Shown: positions 1 through 10,501 of the stretch, in pieces | Numbering within the stretch: the stretch's first letter is position 1 | Layout of the letters: the number at the start of each line of letters is the position of its first letter | DNA from: Pyrodictiaceae archaeon | GTDB taxonomy: Archaea > Thermoproteota > Thermoprotei_A > Sulfolobales > Pyrodictiaceae | Direction: 5' to 3' | Length of the DNA stretch: 64,000 nt | Assembly: GCA_027036135.1 (NCBI GenBank) | Contig: JALVSY010000007.1 | Span: forward strand, 132,880 to 196,879 | The notes under the pieces: generated by a model | Told to the model about the DNA's origin: nothing | Database searches by the model: none | Seen by the model: the letters and a program-made list of their open reading frames with translations, nothing else | Translations under genes and position numbers: made by a program

Positions 1-947
1 AGAGGAACCAGGAGCTTGATCGCGGCCTTGTCCCCGGGGTCTTCGCGGGCATGTGCGCGCAGCACTACCCCGAATCCACCACTACCAATAAACTCCTCGA
101 CAACGTAGCCATGAATCTCTCTCCCCACGAGGCACTTCTCCACGACCTCTCTACGGTTACGCGCTAGCTCCGAGAGCCTCACACCCCTGCAACTATCGCT
201 CTGGGAAGGAGCACTGTTCACAGATTCCCCGCGGGGAGCCTGTACTTGCCTGGGCACGGCTACTCGCTGCGCCGTCTTAGGCCTCGCCACAACTACTCTG
301 GGCTTCTCCATTGCCTGTTTCTTGGCCGCGCGCCGCGCAAGCGCTAGCTCGTAGCCCATGTAGATGAGCGCAGCCGAGGCTGTATAGTAGAGGACTGCCT
401 CGTAGAGCGTGACACTTAGGCCTAGGAGGGGGCGACTGGTTAGCGGCGTGCTTGGCTTTGGTAGGCCTAGGTAGCTCCAAGAAGCGTCGTAGAACGAGTA
501 GAGGAGAGCAACTATGCCCACTACGCTGCTAGTGGTCGCGGCGAGCCCGAGGCCTAGGAAGAAGAGAGGCGAGGACAAGTAAGCAGAGTAGATCATATCC
601 TTTACCGGGGCCTGCCGGAGCAGTGCTGGTAACTGTAGGTGAGTAACTGATAACAGGTAGCTAGTTAGGGGCGGGACTAGGGGCGCGAGGAGACCATAGT
701 ACCCGGATAGAACTCCTAGCCTACTCCACCCTAGACTCATTATGACCAAGCCGCTGAAGACAGCGAAGTAGGCTATAGCTGAGAACAACGTGTAGTTGCC
801 TAGCTGGCCCCCCGTGCCCAGGCCGTAGAGCCACCACTTAAACGGGTCGAATACGAGGCCCTGGCTACGAGCCATTAGCTCTAGGAGAGCAGCCGAGTAT
901 AGCCCGATTACTAGTAGCGCGTAGCCAGCTATGCGCGAGCGCTCCAT
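1..947 (-). CDS. Membrane-anchored Hanks-type Ser/Thr protein kinase (3' part runs off the window)
   Basis: Not in the ORF track. Manual translation from ATG 947 gives MERSRIAGYALLVIGLY..., several hydrophobic segments, then YVVEEFIGSGGFGVVLRAH...AAIKLL (G-loop and catalytic Lys). Frame is open to position 1. Confidence 0.85.
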   Translation of the reverse strand, partial: MERSRIAGYALLVIGLYSAALLELMARSQGLVFDPFKWWLYGLGTGGQLGNYTLFSAIAYFAVFSGLVIMSLGWSRLGVLSGYYGLLAPLVPPLTSYLLSVTHLQLPALLRQAPVKDMIYSAYLSSPLFFLGLGLAATTSSVVGIVALLYSFYDASWSYLGLPKPSTPLTSRPLLGLSVTLYEAVLYYTASAALIYMGYELALARRAAKKQAMEKPRVVVARPKTAQRVAVPRQVQAPRGESVNSAPSQSDSCRGVRLSELARNRREVVEKCLVGREIHGYVVEEFIGSGGFGVVLRAHAREDPGDKAAIKLLVP

Positions 948-956
948 GAATCATCC

Positions 957-1940
957 CTATGTGTTGCCGAGAACGCTCTCGTCCCGGGCACCCTCCTCGC
1001 CGCTACCAGGGCCCTCCTCCGAGCCATGGGTGTCGCCGGGGTAGTATATGGGCTTTAGCTTCTCCTCACCAAGATCCAGTAGGAGCACTGCCGCCCGCCT
1101 CCCGTGATAGAGGCTAGAGAACACAGTCACGACCCCATACTCTAGCTCACCGAGACCAACCTCTCCCTCAAGGACCCGTTGCCCGCCATTGCCGAGCCAG
1201 GCATGGGTGCCATCAACTACCTCGTGGCCCCGGATTATCAGGGATAAGCCGTTTTCTCGGAGAAACTCCCTCCACGCAGCCCTCCCGTAGAGATAGGTGC
1301 CAGGCCCCCGTGGCCCAGGGAGGAACCACTCAATAGTCCCGCGGGGATCGTTCCACAGGAGCTGGCCGATAACGGGATCCGCCTCCAAGGGGTAGAAGGC
1401 CTTGTCACTACTCCTCATCTTCTCGGCGCGCTCAGCTATCTCCTCGAGCGAGACTGGCGGCTCGGGGCTCATAGAGCACTTCTTACAGGGAACACCAGCG
1501 TGGACGAGGAGCACGGGGCCAGCGATAGCGGCCACGGGCATAGCTATGTAGACTATGCTTGCTGCACCGAAGTAGTTCTCACCCCTCTTCTCATAGGCCT
1601 CCTCGGCGAACCCGTAGCTAAGATTCATCCCCGGGTCCTCATGGTTACCCCGCAACAAGTAGACATTATCGTTCTCGAGGAAGACTCTCAGAACAAGCTC
1701 AAGATTCTCGACGCCACGCGGGCCACGGTCAACATAGTCCCCGAGGAAAACAACAGCGTCAACACCCTCCTCTCTCGCTACCCTGAGAGCCCACTCAGAG
1801 ACCTCGGGATAGCCATGAGTATCTCCGACAACGAGGAAGCGCTCACCACTCAGCCGGAGCACCGCTGGCTGCTCAGCAAGCCTCCCCGCAGCCTCCTCCA
1901 AGAGACTAAAAGACTCGTCAAACCCGGTACCAGAACCCAA
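957..1940 (-). CDS. PPP-family Ser/Thr protein phosphatase (metallophosphoesterase)
   Basis: Motifs GDTHG, GDYVDRG, LRGNHE, LWNDP, IRGHE; directly upstream of the kinase. Confidence 0.92.
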   Translation of the reverse strand: MGSGTGFDESFSLLEEAAGRLAEQPAVLRLSGERFLVVGDTHGYPEVSEWALRVAREEGVDAVVFLGDYVDRGPRGVENLELVLRVFLENDNVYLLRGNHEDPGMNLSYGFAEEAYEKRGENYFGAASIVYIAMPVAAIAGPVLLVHAGVPCKKCSMSPEPPVSLEEIAERAEKMRSSDKAFYPLEADPVIGQLLWNDPRGTIEWFLPGPRGPGTYLYGRAAWREFLRENGLSLIIRGHEVVDGTHAWLGNGGQRVLEGEVGLGELEYGVVTVFSSLYHGRRAAVLLLDLGEEKLKPIYYPGDTHGSEEGPGSGEEGARDESVLGNT

Positions 1941-2036
1941 GCCAAATCACCCAGCAACGACGAAGAAGGCACACTCTAGCTACGGCTAGGAGCTTCAACC
2001 AGGCCCCCTTTATAGGGACTAGGGGCCGGGAAGAGC

Positions 2037-2390
2037 CTAGACTAGCAGCGCCCTTATTGGGCGAAGAACGCGCTTGAAGGGGTCAAGCACTAGGCCAAAT
2101 ACCTCGAGAGTCACTACCCCGAGAAGATTCTCGTCATCCTTCTCCCCGAGCACAACGGGTGTATGCCTCTCACCATACCCAGGTAGCTCGAGAAGAACCT
2201 CTGAGACCTTACGCTTAACAACACTGCCATCGGCTAGGACAAACTCCATCTCACCCAGAGGCTCTAGGGCAAGCCAGCGCCACACATCCTCGCGCAAAAC
2301 AGTGTACGTCGCACCACTATCCACGAGAAAGCGCACTCTCTTCTCCCTACCACGATGCTTCACAACACCATCAACGTATACAATACCCAT
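2037..2390 (-). CDS. Clan AA (retropepsin-like) aspartic protease
   Basis: FLVDSGAT active-site motif and C-terminal LLGVVTLE; ATG 2390 follows GGTGA. Confidence 0.85.
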   Translation of the reverse strand: MGIVYVDGVVKHRGREKRVRFLVDSGATYTVLREDVWRWLALEPLGEMEFVLADGSVVKRKVSEVLLELPGYGERHTPVVLGEKDDENLLGVVTLEVFGLVLDPFKRVLRPIRALLV

Positions 2391-2573
2391 TAACAGCTCA
2401 CCACCTGCTATGTACACATGTTTTAAGGTTTAGAAACTAACAGCTTATTTGAACACTTGTCTCACCGTTACCATTACTAATTAGTGCTTTACGTTATTAG
2501 GGGCTTGCCGAAGAGGCGGCTCAGAGCCTATTAGTTAGTACCTGGGTAACTATGTTTCTTAGGGTGACTGTGC

Positions 2574-2837
2574 CTGGCCAAGTTACGGGCAAAAGTTAGG
2601 GTTGGTAAGCGAGGCGTTATAGTTATTCCGAAGAATATTCGTGAAGAACTAGGAATAGCGGAAGGCATGGTGCTTGAGCTAAGCGTTGAGGATGACCGTA
2701 TAGTCCTTCGTAAGGATAAGGATCTATGGAGTGAACTGAGAGAACGTGGCAAGAGGCTCAAGGCGGACATTGATAAGGCTGAATCGGAGCTAGATGAGGC
2801 GGAGGAGCTTTGGGAGAAGAGACTAGAAGAGTACTAG
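2574..2837 (+). CDS. vapB: AbrB/MazE-family antitoxin (probable CTG start)
   Basis: Manual translation LAKLRAKVRVGKRGVIVIPKNIREELGIAEGMVLELSVEDDRIVL. In-frame TGA at 2565, so only CTG 2568/2574 can start it. Overlaps the PIN gene. Confidence 0.85.
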   Translation: MAKLRAKVRVGKRGVIVIPKNIREELGIAEGMVLELSVEDDRIVLRKDKDLWSELRERGKRLKADIDKAESELDEAEELWEKRLEEY

Positions 2838-3265
2838 TTGACACTTATGCTATTATCGCTGACTTAACGGGCCAAGTCACGCCAAAGGCTCGCCAGCTCT
2901 TAGAAGAGATAAGGCTAGGAGTTGCTGAAGGCGTTTTGCACTATCTCATAATTTATGAACTCTTTTATCATTGGAGAAGAGGCAGACTGCCCTTTAGGGA
3001 TGAAGAGGAATTACTGGATTTTGTTAACTCGTACTTCATTGTCAAGGCGCTGGATACAACGATTGCGATAAAGGCCTCGGAGGTAAAGCTTCTTGGAGAC
3101 AGATTGCTAGTAGCAGCTAGTAATCCCAGGCTTCGTAGAAGAAGACTATCAGTGGCTGATGCAACGACTATAGCTATAGCCAAGGTAGAGAATATGCCTA
3201 TAGTTACGGGAGATATTGACTTATCCTATGTCGCTAAAAATCTCGGAGTCAGTATTATATGGTAA
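2810..3265 (+). CDS. vapC: PIN-domain (VapC) toxin
   Basis: VLVDTYA, YE, SVADA, VTGD acidic motifs intact. Confidence 0.9.
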   Translation: MGEETRRVLVDTYAIIADLTGQVTPKARQLLEEIRLGVAEGVLHYLIIYELFYHWRRGRLPFRDEEELLDFVNSYFIVKALDTTIAIKASEVKLLGDRLLVAASNPRLRRRRLSVADATTIAIAKVENMPIVTGDIDLSYVAKNLGVSIIW

Positions 3266-3589
3266 TTATTATTGTGTCATATTATAATTAACTGGCGCAA
3301 CTTGTAAATTGTTATAAATTTATAAATAAATAGGATATAGGGTACCAGATGGGGAAAATCTTGCCCAGATTCGTTAAGACCCTTGATAAGGATACCTTGG
3401 ACTTAATCAAGATGCTCAAAGAGACGAGAGCCTACGGCGACTATGTTGATTATTTCAAAGAATACGATTATGAGGATATAGGTGGCTAAATTGTCCTTCA
3501 TTATCCAGGGGGACTTTATGCTTGGCGCTCTACATAGCGCTCTCTTCGTCCTAGTAATAGAATGTCCTGGGTGTGGGTGTAAGGGATTG

Positions 3590-4768
3590 TTAGGCTGTGC
3601 GTAGTCTTTTTGTTGCTTCACTGAGCAGTCTTCTCGTTGCTTCTTCTGCTTCTACTCCCTTGAGTCTCTTGGTCTTCTCGGCTGTTTCCAATAGTCTCTT
3701 GGTCTGCACGACGAGGTCTATTCTCTTTGTCTTCTCTGCTTGTTTCTCCGCCTCTGCTAGCCTCTTTGTTGCTGCCTCTAGGTCTCCTTTCATGAGCAAG
3801 CGGTGGGCTTCCTCTACGTATACCTGGTAGAGATAGTTGTCGTAGACGTCGCGGTTTATCCCCTTTATGTACTCCTCCCTGGTCTTGGCTGGCTCGACTA
3901 CGTAGCTGAACCTCTTGGTCTCGGTCTTGCCTGTTGCTGGGTCCTCATAGGAGACTATTACCCGGGCTACTTCGCCGCTGAACTTTGCCGGTATCTCTAC
4001 CTCGCCGTAAAGCTCCATGGATTCCTCTGAGAGGGCTGGTATGCTCAGGGTTAGCTCGTCGTAACCTATTAGCCTAGCCTCTCCCGCTATTGGCTCAACT
4101 GTTATCTCAAGGTTCTTCGCGTAGGCCTCTGGGGCTGCTGCCTCCTCGAATACCTCTACTAGTTTCTCCACGTCGGCCTCGCTCACGTGCTCCATTACGC
4201 CGTGGCCTAGCTCCGCTAGGAGCGCTAACAGCTCCTTGTTGTAGTCCAGCCCAACGCCTATCACGTAGGCCTTCATCTTCTCGGGCCACTTGAGCTCCCG
4301 GTACTTCTCAGTACTCGTTATATCGGTTGGCTTCCCATCGGTCACGAGCACTATGTAGCCTGGCTCCCGATAGGCCTCGGCTATCTCGAAGGCCCTCTTT
4401 AGGGCACGGTAGAGCGGGGTACCGTCATCCGGGACTATAGTTGCCACAGCATCTAGTATCGCTTCCCTAGACTTCTCCGCATCAGCGTGCACGACGAGGT
4501 CGCGGGCCTGTAGCCCACCGAGGCCAAAGGCTATCAGTGTGACATAGTTGCCCCCGGGTATGAGCTCGACAAGCCTAGCAATAGCCTTCCTGGCGGCCTC
4601 TATCTTCTCCCCCTTCATGGAGCCACTAGCATCAATCAACACTATGTAGTGTAGCCCCTTGACACGGGCCGGGGCAGAGGAGGGCGCTAGGCGGAGACGA
4701 AACGCACCCTTCACAGGGGATACGAAGCTGTACTTATGGCTCTGCTCAAACACTATGTCTAGGCCCAG
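3590..4768 (-). CDS. vWA-domain protein, ArnB-like
   Basis: MIDAS motifs DASGSM, GTPL, LVTDGKP and a helical C-terminus. Start may be CTG 4768 (after GGGTGG) or GTG 4753. Confidence 0.85.
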   Translation of the reverse strand: MGLDIVFEQSHKYSFVSPVKGAFRLRLAPSSAPARVKGLHYIVLIDASGSMKGEKIEAARKAIARLVELIPGGNYVTLIAFGLGGLQARDLVVHADAEKSREAILDAVATIVPDDGTPLYRALKRAFEIAEAYREPGYIVLVTDGKPTDITSTEKYRELKWPEKMKAYVIGVGLDYNKELLALLAELGHGVMEHVSEADVEKLVEVFEEAAAPEAYAKNLEITVEPIAGEARLIGYDELTLSIPALSEESMELYGEVEIPAKFSGEVARVIVSYEDPATGKTETKRFSYVVEPAKTREEYIKGINRDVYDNYLYQVYVEEAHRLLMKGDLEAATKRLAEAEKQAEKTKRIDLVVQTKRLLETAEKTKRLKGVEAEEATRRLLSEATKRLRTA

Positions 4769-4925
4769 GAGAAACCACCCATACGGAACCTAGCCAAGGC
4801 CAGCCCCCATTATCTCTAACTACAGGGCAAGACAGATAACGATACGGCAAAAACACATGGCGCTGATGCGTGGTGCTGCTTTTCTACCCACGATACGGTT
4901 ACTCGTATACTGGTAGGGGAGAGCT

Positions 4926-5615
4926 ATGCCCTGGAAATGCCCAGTCTGCGGCCACGTAAACCCGGATGACAAGGAGTTCTGCGAGGTCTGTGGTGCGAAG
5001 AGGCCAGAGAACCCGGAGATCGTTGAAGCAGCTAGCCCCGAGGCTGTTAAGCTACAGGAGCCGAGAACCGTGGAGCCAGTCGGGGAACAGGCCGCGCAGG
5101 AGCAGAGCCCTGAGCAAGTAGAGGCAGTTACCGCCGAGGCCGGGGCAGTAGAGGAGAGCGCCGAGGAGAAGGTTGAGGAAGCTACCGAGGTTACCGAGGA
5201 GGCTGGAAAGGAAGCCAGAGCCGCCGAGAAGCCCGAGGAGACGGAGACCGCTAAGGAGCCCGTTGAGGAAAAGGCCCCGGAGACCATTTATCTCGAGGTC
5301 GTTAATAGCCCGGCCCCGGAGCTCATTGGGAAGAAGATACCCGTGCTTCTCAAGGTGTTCCCCCAAGTCAGTATTGGGAGGAGCCCAGAGAACGTGATAA
5401 TACTACCCGATCCCACGGTTTCCCGGAGACACGCAGTGATAAAGACCGAGGATGGGAAGCTAGTGCTCGAGGACCTTGGCAGCACTAATGGGACCTACGT
5501 ATACCGCCAAGAGAGCGGTGGCTTCGAGAAGGTTGAGAAAGTGGTGCTCGAGCCCGGTATGATCATAAGGTTCGGCGAGCAAACCATTGTACGCGTCACC
5601 ACGGAGCCAGCCTAG
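4926..5615 (+). CDS. Zinc-ribbon + FHA-domain protein, ArnA-like
   Basis: N-terminal WKCPVC...FCEVCG, acidic linker, FHA motifs IGRS, VSRRHA, STNGT; divergent from the vWA gene. Confidence 0.9.
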   Translation: MPWKCPVCGHVNPDDKEFCEVCGAKRPENPEIVEAASPEAVKLQEPRTVEPVGEQAAQEQSPEQVEAVTAEAGAVEESAEEKVEEATEVTEEAGKEARAAEKPEETETAKEPVEEKAPETIYLEVVNSPAPELIGKKIPVLLKVFPQVSIGRSPENVIILPDPTVSRRHAVIKTEDGKLVLEDLGSTNGTYVYRQESGGFEKVEKVVLEPGMIIRFGEQTIVRVTTEPA

Positions 5616-5697
5616 GAGAAGAGGTGGTCGCCTAGCCTAGGCGTTTTTGTCCCCGCCTAGCCCTCTTTATCCTCTAGCTATACCCGGTGTAATTCCC

Positions 5698-6742
5698 GTG
5701 ACTGATAGGGTTTTGCTCGATTTTGCTCCTGGGCTACGTGTACGCTTCGCTAACCGTGAGCGGGGCCTTAAGCGGATACAGGGCTTCGCTGGCGAGGCAC
5801 TAGCCTACCCGTGGTTATTTATGGCCCTGAGGGCTCCAGCAAGACGGCGCTCCTGCGCCAAGCGATGGTGCTTCTCCGGGAGCATGGGTACGAGGTCATC
5901 TACATTGATGCCTTGGCCGAGTCCCTTGGCGGCGCTGTCTCTGCGACCCCGGGTATCGGTGAGGCGCTACGAGGGCTTCTCCGCAGCCTCGTGGGCGAGA
6001 AGATCCAGGGCCTCGTTGAGGCCGTCTCGGTGCTTGTACGCGAGGCCCTGCGTAGGCTGGAGAGGCCCCGGCTAGCAGTGCTCCTCGATGATGCTTTCCA
6101 GGCTATTGGGCTAGGCAGGGTAGAGGCTTATGTGAAGCAGTTGCTTAACCTCATAGAGTACCCGGGCGCGGAGTACGATAGACTAGTGGTAATGGTTACG
6201 AGTAGTGAGGGGCGCTCACGCATAGTCCTCTCCAGGCATGCTTGGAGCATGAGCCTCTACCTATGGAACATGGATATGAACGGGCTCCGGGAGCTCTACG
6301 AGCAGCTGCCCGGCGACAAGCCAGGCCTAGGCACCGCGTGGCGTGTGAGCGGTGGTAATCCACGAGTGCTCCGGATCCTCTATGCGATGGGTTGGAGCAT
6401 TGAGGACGCCGTGGCCTGGCTAGTTGAGGAGAAGAGAGCCTAGCCGCGCTGCTGAGAAGGCTTAGACGGGAATCGCTTGAGGCCCTACGGCTCTTAGTCG
6501 AGGATCCTGGTGCTGCCGAGGAGAGGGTTCTCGGGGATAGGGAGCTACTAGGCCTGCTAGTGGATCATAACCTTGTATCAGTTATACCCGAGAGAAGGGA
6601 ATCCTTGTGGCTGGACAACGTGCCCCCGGCTAGGGACAGGGTACTGGGCATAGGAGGGAGCGTGGCGTGGCAGACCCCGCTTCACCGAGACGCCGTGGCT
6701 CACGTGCTCCAGCGCCTCTGGGCACGCACGGCCAAGGGGTAG
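5698..6742 (+). pseudogene. Archaeal AAA-type ATPase, disrupted
   Basis: Three consecutive frames (RVRFANRE..., VIYGPEGSSKT...LLDDAF, ...GIGGSVAWQTPLH) with shifts near 5805 and 6440; degenerate Walker A. Confidence 0.75.
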
Positions 6743-7971
6743 AGCCCCAGGGTGGCTAGGAGCACTGCTGCAGCGACGAGGAATGGTAGGGAGCGCCCCG
6801 GGATTATCCATAGGCTCTCCTTGCCTAGCTGGGAGTAGAGCCACCCAGCTACGAGGGGCCCAACTACCTGGCCGAGACTGGACAACATGTTTGACAAGCC
6901 GACGAGGCTCGCGTAGACGCCCCGGCCTCCTCCCAGGGCTACAGCGTTCCTGGTTAGCGGGAGACTAGCCCTCCCAGCAGCGAGCGCCGCTGAGAGCCCG
7001 AGGAGGACGATGAGCGGGGAGCCGCCGAGACCGAGCAACAAGTGGCCAATAATACCCAGGAACAGCACCGCTACTAGCACCCTGCCAGTGCCGAGCCGGT
7101 CACTGAGCGGCCCACAGCCAGCACCACTCCGAGGGCTAGGAGACCCGCGGAGGAGAGGACATCGCTTATCATCCTCTTCGTGTACCCATAGGCGCTGTGG
7201 AGATATATGTAGAGGAACTCGCGGAGAATGCCCGAGGCATAACCAGCAGCGAAAGCAGCCAATATTATCCAGAAAGCCATGGGCCCGGCCCCCAGCACCT
7301 CGGAGAAGCCCCGAATACCACGACCCCTATGCTTGACCCCAATACGCTCCAGCGGGGCCCGGGCCCCAACATAGGCAAACCCGGCACCAGACACAACGAA
7401 GAGCAGCACAGAGAAGCGCAGCACATCGGCATCGCCTAGGCCTAGGCGCCCGTAGAGAAACTGACCAAGAAGGGTACCCAGGGACCCAATAGCGAAGTAG
7501 ACCGACATAACGGTGCCACTACGCCTCGGGGAAAGCGACGAGGCAACAGTCTGTACCAGAGGCCAGAACAAGCCACCCATAAAAACCCCAAGCAGTGTTA
7601 AGGCCGATGATCGCTGCCACGGAGCGCGATAAGCTAATACGATAAACCAGGGTAGCAACCACGAAGAGCGAAGAAGCAACAATCAGCCTCCTAGCCAGGG
7701 GGGACAAATCGCTCCAAACACTACCAAGAATGGAGGATGCGGAGCGAGCACCCATAAACCAGCTAGTAAGACTAGAAACAGTAACCACGCCAGCTCCGAG
7801 GCCAGCAAGGTAGAACGCAAGCCCGAGACGAGACAAGCCAGCAGCAATAGCCGATACAAACACACTAACATATACCACGAAGAGATGCCTAGTCACATAC
7901 CCGCTACCCATAACAGACACCAAGGCACCTCTAGGATCTAGACCCCTTGTCACGCAACCAAGCCGCCTCAT
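6700..7971 (-). pseudogene. MFS transporter, frameshifted
   Basis: Three overlapping hydrophobic ORFs (7519-7971, 7074-7682, 6700-7080) with MFS-like motifs (GSVWSD, GQVVGPLVAGWLY). Confidence 0.7.
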
Positions 7972-8099
7972 CAGCCTTTAGTAATTCCGCCCAGTACATA
8001 GCAGAAAGCGTGACCCAGCTCCCCCCATTATTTACGCAATTCTTATAACTAGCTTAATACATTCCTAAGTATAACAGAAGAGTAATGGAGTGATCCATA

Positions 8100-10484
8100 T
8101 TGCTGCAAGAGAGTTCTATTCACCGCGGACCCCGAGCCAGGGGGTACCGTGGTATATCAACCGCGATAGCAGGGCTAATAGTGCTCACATTCCTCCTAGC
8201 CGTAGCCATACCGCTTCTCCTCAACATATACTCAGGGAGCGTACAATCACACCTCGCACTCAGCAACGAGCTAGCAAAGAAGCTGCAGGCTGTGTCACAG
8301 AACGTGAACATAACATATGACCCAGCTAGCTCGTCACCCCCAAGTCTGAGAGTCTACATAATGGAGAATAATGGGCCAAGTGATGCACATATAGAGTTCT
8401 ACGTTGTCACAGATGGCGCCAAAACCTATCTCGTAAAGGCTGCTAATACTTATAACAAGTATTTCCCGGTTAAAGACATTGAGATAGAAACCGAGCCCGT
8501 TTCCGCCTCAAATATAGTAGGCAGCTATATTGTGCTGAAGGCGCCTCTAGGCAAAGCATTAGTGAGGGTTATCAACGGGAAGCTTCTCGGAGCAATATTG
8601 GCGACGGGGAACTATATCCACGTAAACACGCCAGGAGTCACAGGAGCTACGGCTACTTATGCAGAAGTAGCCGCAAGTATAAAGACGAATTATATTAACT
8701 TGACAACGTTTAGCAGCCTCACGGGACTCTTTAACGACCCTAACATAATAATTGCTACGAATCCAGCTGCTAACCAGAGTAACTCCACATTATTGAACCA
8801 AGGAGCGTTCCAAGCCATTTGCTTTACTGGAACCAATCCCGACGACCCTAGCGGGGGGGTTAGTGGCGGCTTCCAGCCAACCGTTGACTCGGAGCAAGTA
8901 AACGCTGTCTATATTCATAATCTAGGGATATGGCCTGGCTCCATGGTGCTCGGGGGACGAAGCACAGACTATAGTACTAACTCAATACGATTCAGCCTAT
9001 ATATGGCAGGATATAGTCTCATAGCGTACAATACTAGCGAGCCCGGATTCCTCGCAATAACCACGGCTCATGATGGAAACGCGCTATGCTATAGCTTCGT
9101 CTTCAGCGATGGATACGTTATTAGCGATTGTATGCCAGAGGGAAGCATCACATGGGCATCATCCTTTATATCCTATGCGCTCTACAAGACTATGGCTGGA
9201 AAGCCCCAATACGGTACCTCGTACGTAGCAAGCGACACGCTCAATACAGTATTTAACACGGTGTATAGTGGTAAACTAGGCCTACTCTTCTGGAACAGTA
9301 ACTTCGTGGCTTATTGTCCTCCAGGCAGCTTTCATCTAAGCACAATGAGCGGTGAATACGTCTTCAACGTGACCGGGACTTGCTGGTTTGCTGAAAGATG
9401 GGAGAGTTACTGGGGTGAGGGAGCCTATGAAGGCATTATTAACGCTGGTAGCACGCTTACAATAACGTCTCCTCAAGAAATATTCGGGGATAATGACGTC
9501 GGAATAAAAGGTGAGGCAAGCGGCAATGTGCACTATGTGATAGAGTACATGCTAGATGCAAACCCTCTCGAGGTAAACGATAACCCTGACTTCGTGCAGG
9601 AATTCCCACAGTATCCGTCAGTGATAAAACTAACTTATTTAGCGGGTGATAAGAACCTACTCAGCGTATATGATAACACAGCAGGGAGAATTAAAAGAGG
9701 AGTTAATGCTTTCGGCATTTATCTCTACGGAGGAGAGTATCTAGCAACCGAGAGTGGGGCATCATACATTTACTATTACATACACGACTTATACGGCGAG
9801 GACGGCTATATAAGCGTATTTCAGTTCCAATTAGGAACCACGAGCGGATTAAGACCTTATATGGTACTCGCCGATACTGATGGAAACGGGCTTACTGAAC
9901 TCGTCTTGATAGATGAATGGTTTAGTCCAGATTATTATTATCATACTCATACAGATCTCTCAGATCTAGTAGGCGCCGGCGATATACGCTCAAGGTACTC
10001 ATATCACCCAGCAGCAGGGCTAATTGATACCTATGTCGGGTATGGCTGTGTTGCAAAAACCCTTGGCTACTTCTACATCAAGTTTGGCGGACAGTATGCA
10101 GTGAATGGTAGCCAGATAGCCGAGGTAAGCGTCCAGATACGCTTCAGCTACCACGACAACGTCGCAGGCGACGTAGATGAGGTAGACAACAGCACCACAG
10201 GTCTATTTGGCTTCGCCCTCGTGAACAGCAATGGAACCGAGGTATCAAGCAGCATGTACAACTACCAACAACTAGCGCCCCTCGAGGACACGTGGCCCAT
10301 CAGCATGCCTTTCCAGAGCCAGAGCGTCTACCTACCCGTGCCCGACAAGCCCGAGCTCTACTACGTTGTGTTCAAGTTCGGCGACCCTTATTCCTACGTC
10401 TATAGCGCGCGTAAACTCATACATGACGACGTCGACATGACTATAAGAGTTGAGTGGCTCGGAATATGGTATCTGCACCGCTAG
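8100..10484 (+). CDS. Large pilin-like/adhesin protein with class III signal peptide
   Basis: RG/ISTAIAGLIVLTFLLAVAIP prepilin-type N-terminus, Tyr/Asn/Ser/Thr-rich body, DTDGNGLTE Ca-binding-like motif. Confidence 0.7.
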   Translation: MLQESSIHRGPRARGYRGISTAIAGLIVLTFLLAVAIPLLLNIYSGSVQSHLALSNELAKKLQAVSQNVNITYDPASSSPPSLRVYIMENNGPSDAHIEFYVVTDGAKTYLVKAANTYNKYFPVKDIEIETEPVSASNIVGSYIVLKAPLGKALVRVINGKLLGAILATGNYIHVNTPGVTGATATYAEVAASIKTNYINLTTFSSLTGLFNDPNIIIATNPAANQSNSTLLNQGAFQAICFTGTNPDDPSGGVSGGFQPTVDSEQVNAVYIHNLGIWPGSMVLGGRSTDYSTNSIRFSLYMAGYSLIAYNTSEPGFLAITTAHDGNALCYSFVFSDGYVISDCMPEGSITWASSFISYALYKTMAGKPQYGTSYVASDTLNTVFNTVYSGKLGLLFWNSNFVAYCPPGSFHLSTMSGEYVFNVTGTCWFAERWESYWGEGAYEGIINAGSTLTITSPQEIFGDNDVGIKGEASGNVHYVIEYMLDANPLEVNDNPDFVQEFPQYPSVIKLTYLAGDKNLLSVYDNTAGRIKRGVNAFGIYLYGGEYLATESGASYIYYYIHDLYGEDGYISVFQFQLGTTSGLRPYMVLADTDGNGLTELVLIDEWFSPDYYYHTHTDLSDLVGAGDIRSRYSYHPAAGLIDTYVGYGCVAKTLGYFYIKFGGQYAVNGSQIAEVSVQIRFSYHDNVAGDVDEVDNSTTGLFGFALVNSNGTEVSSSMYNYQQLAPLEDTWPISMPFQSQSVYLPVPDKPELYYVVFKFGDPYSYVYSARKLIHDDVDMTIRVEWLGIWYLHR

Positions 10485-10501
10485 GAAGTGGGTGAAGCGC
10501 T

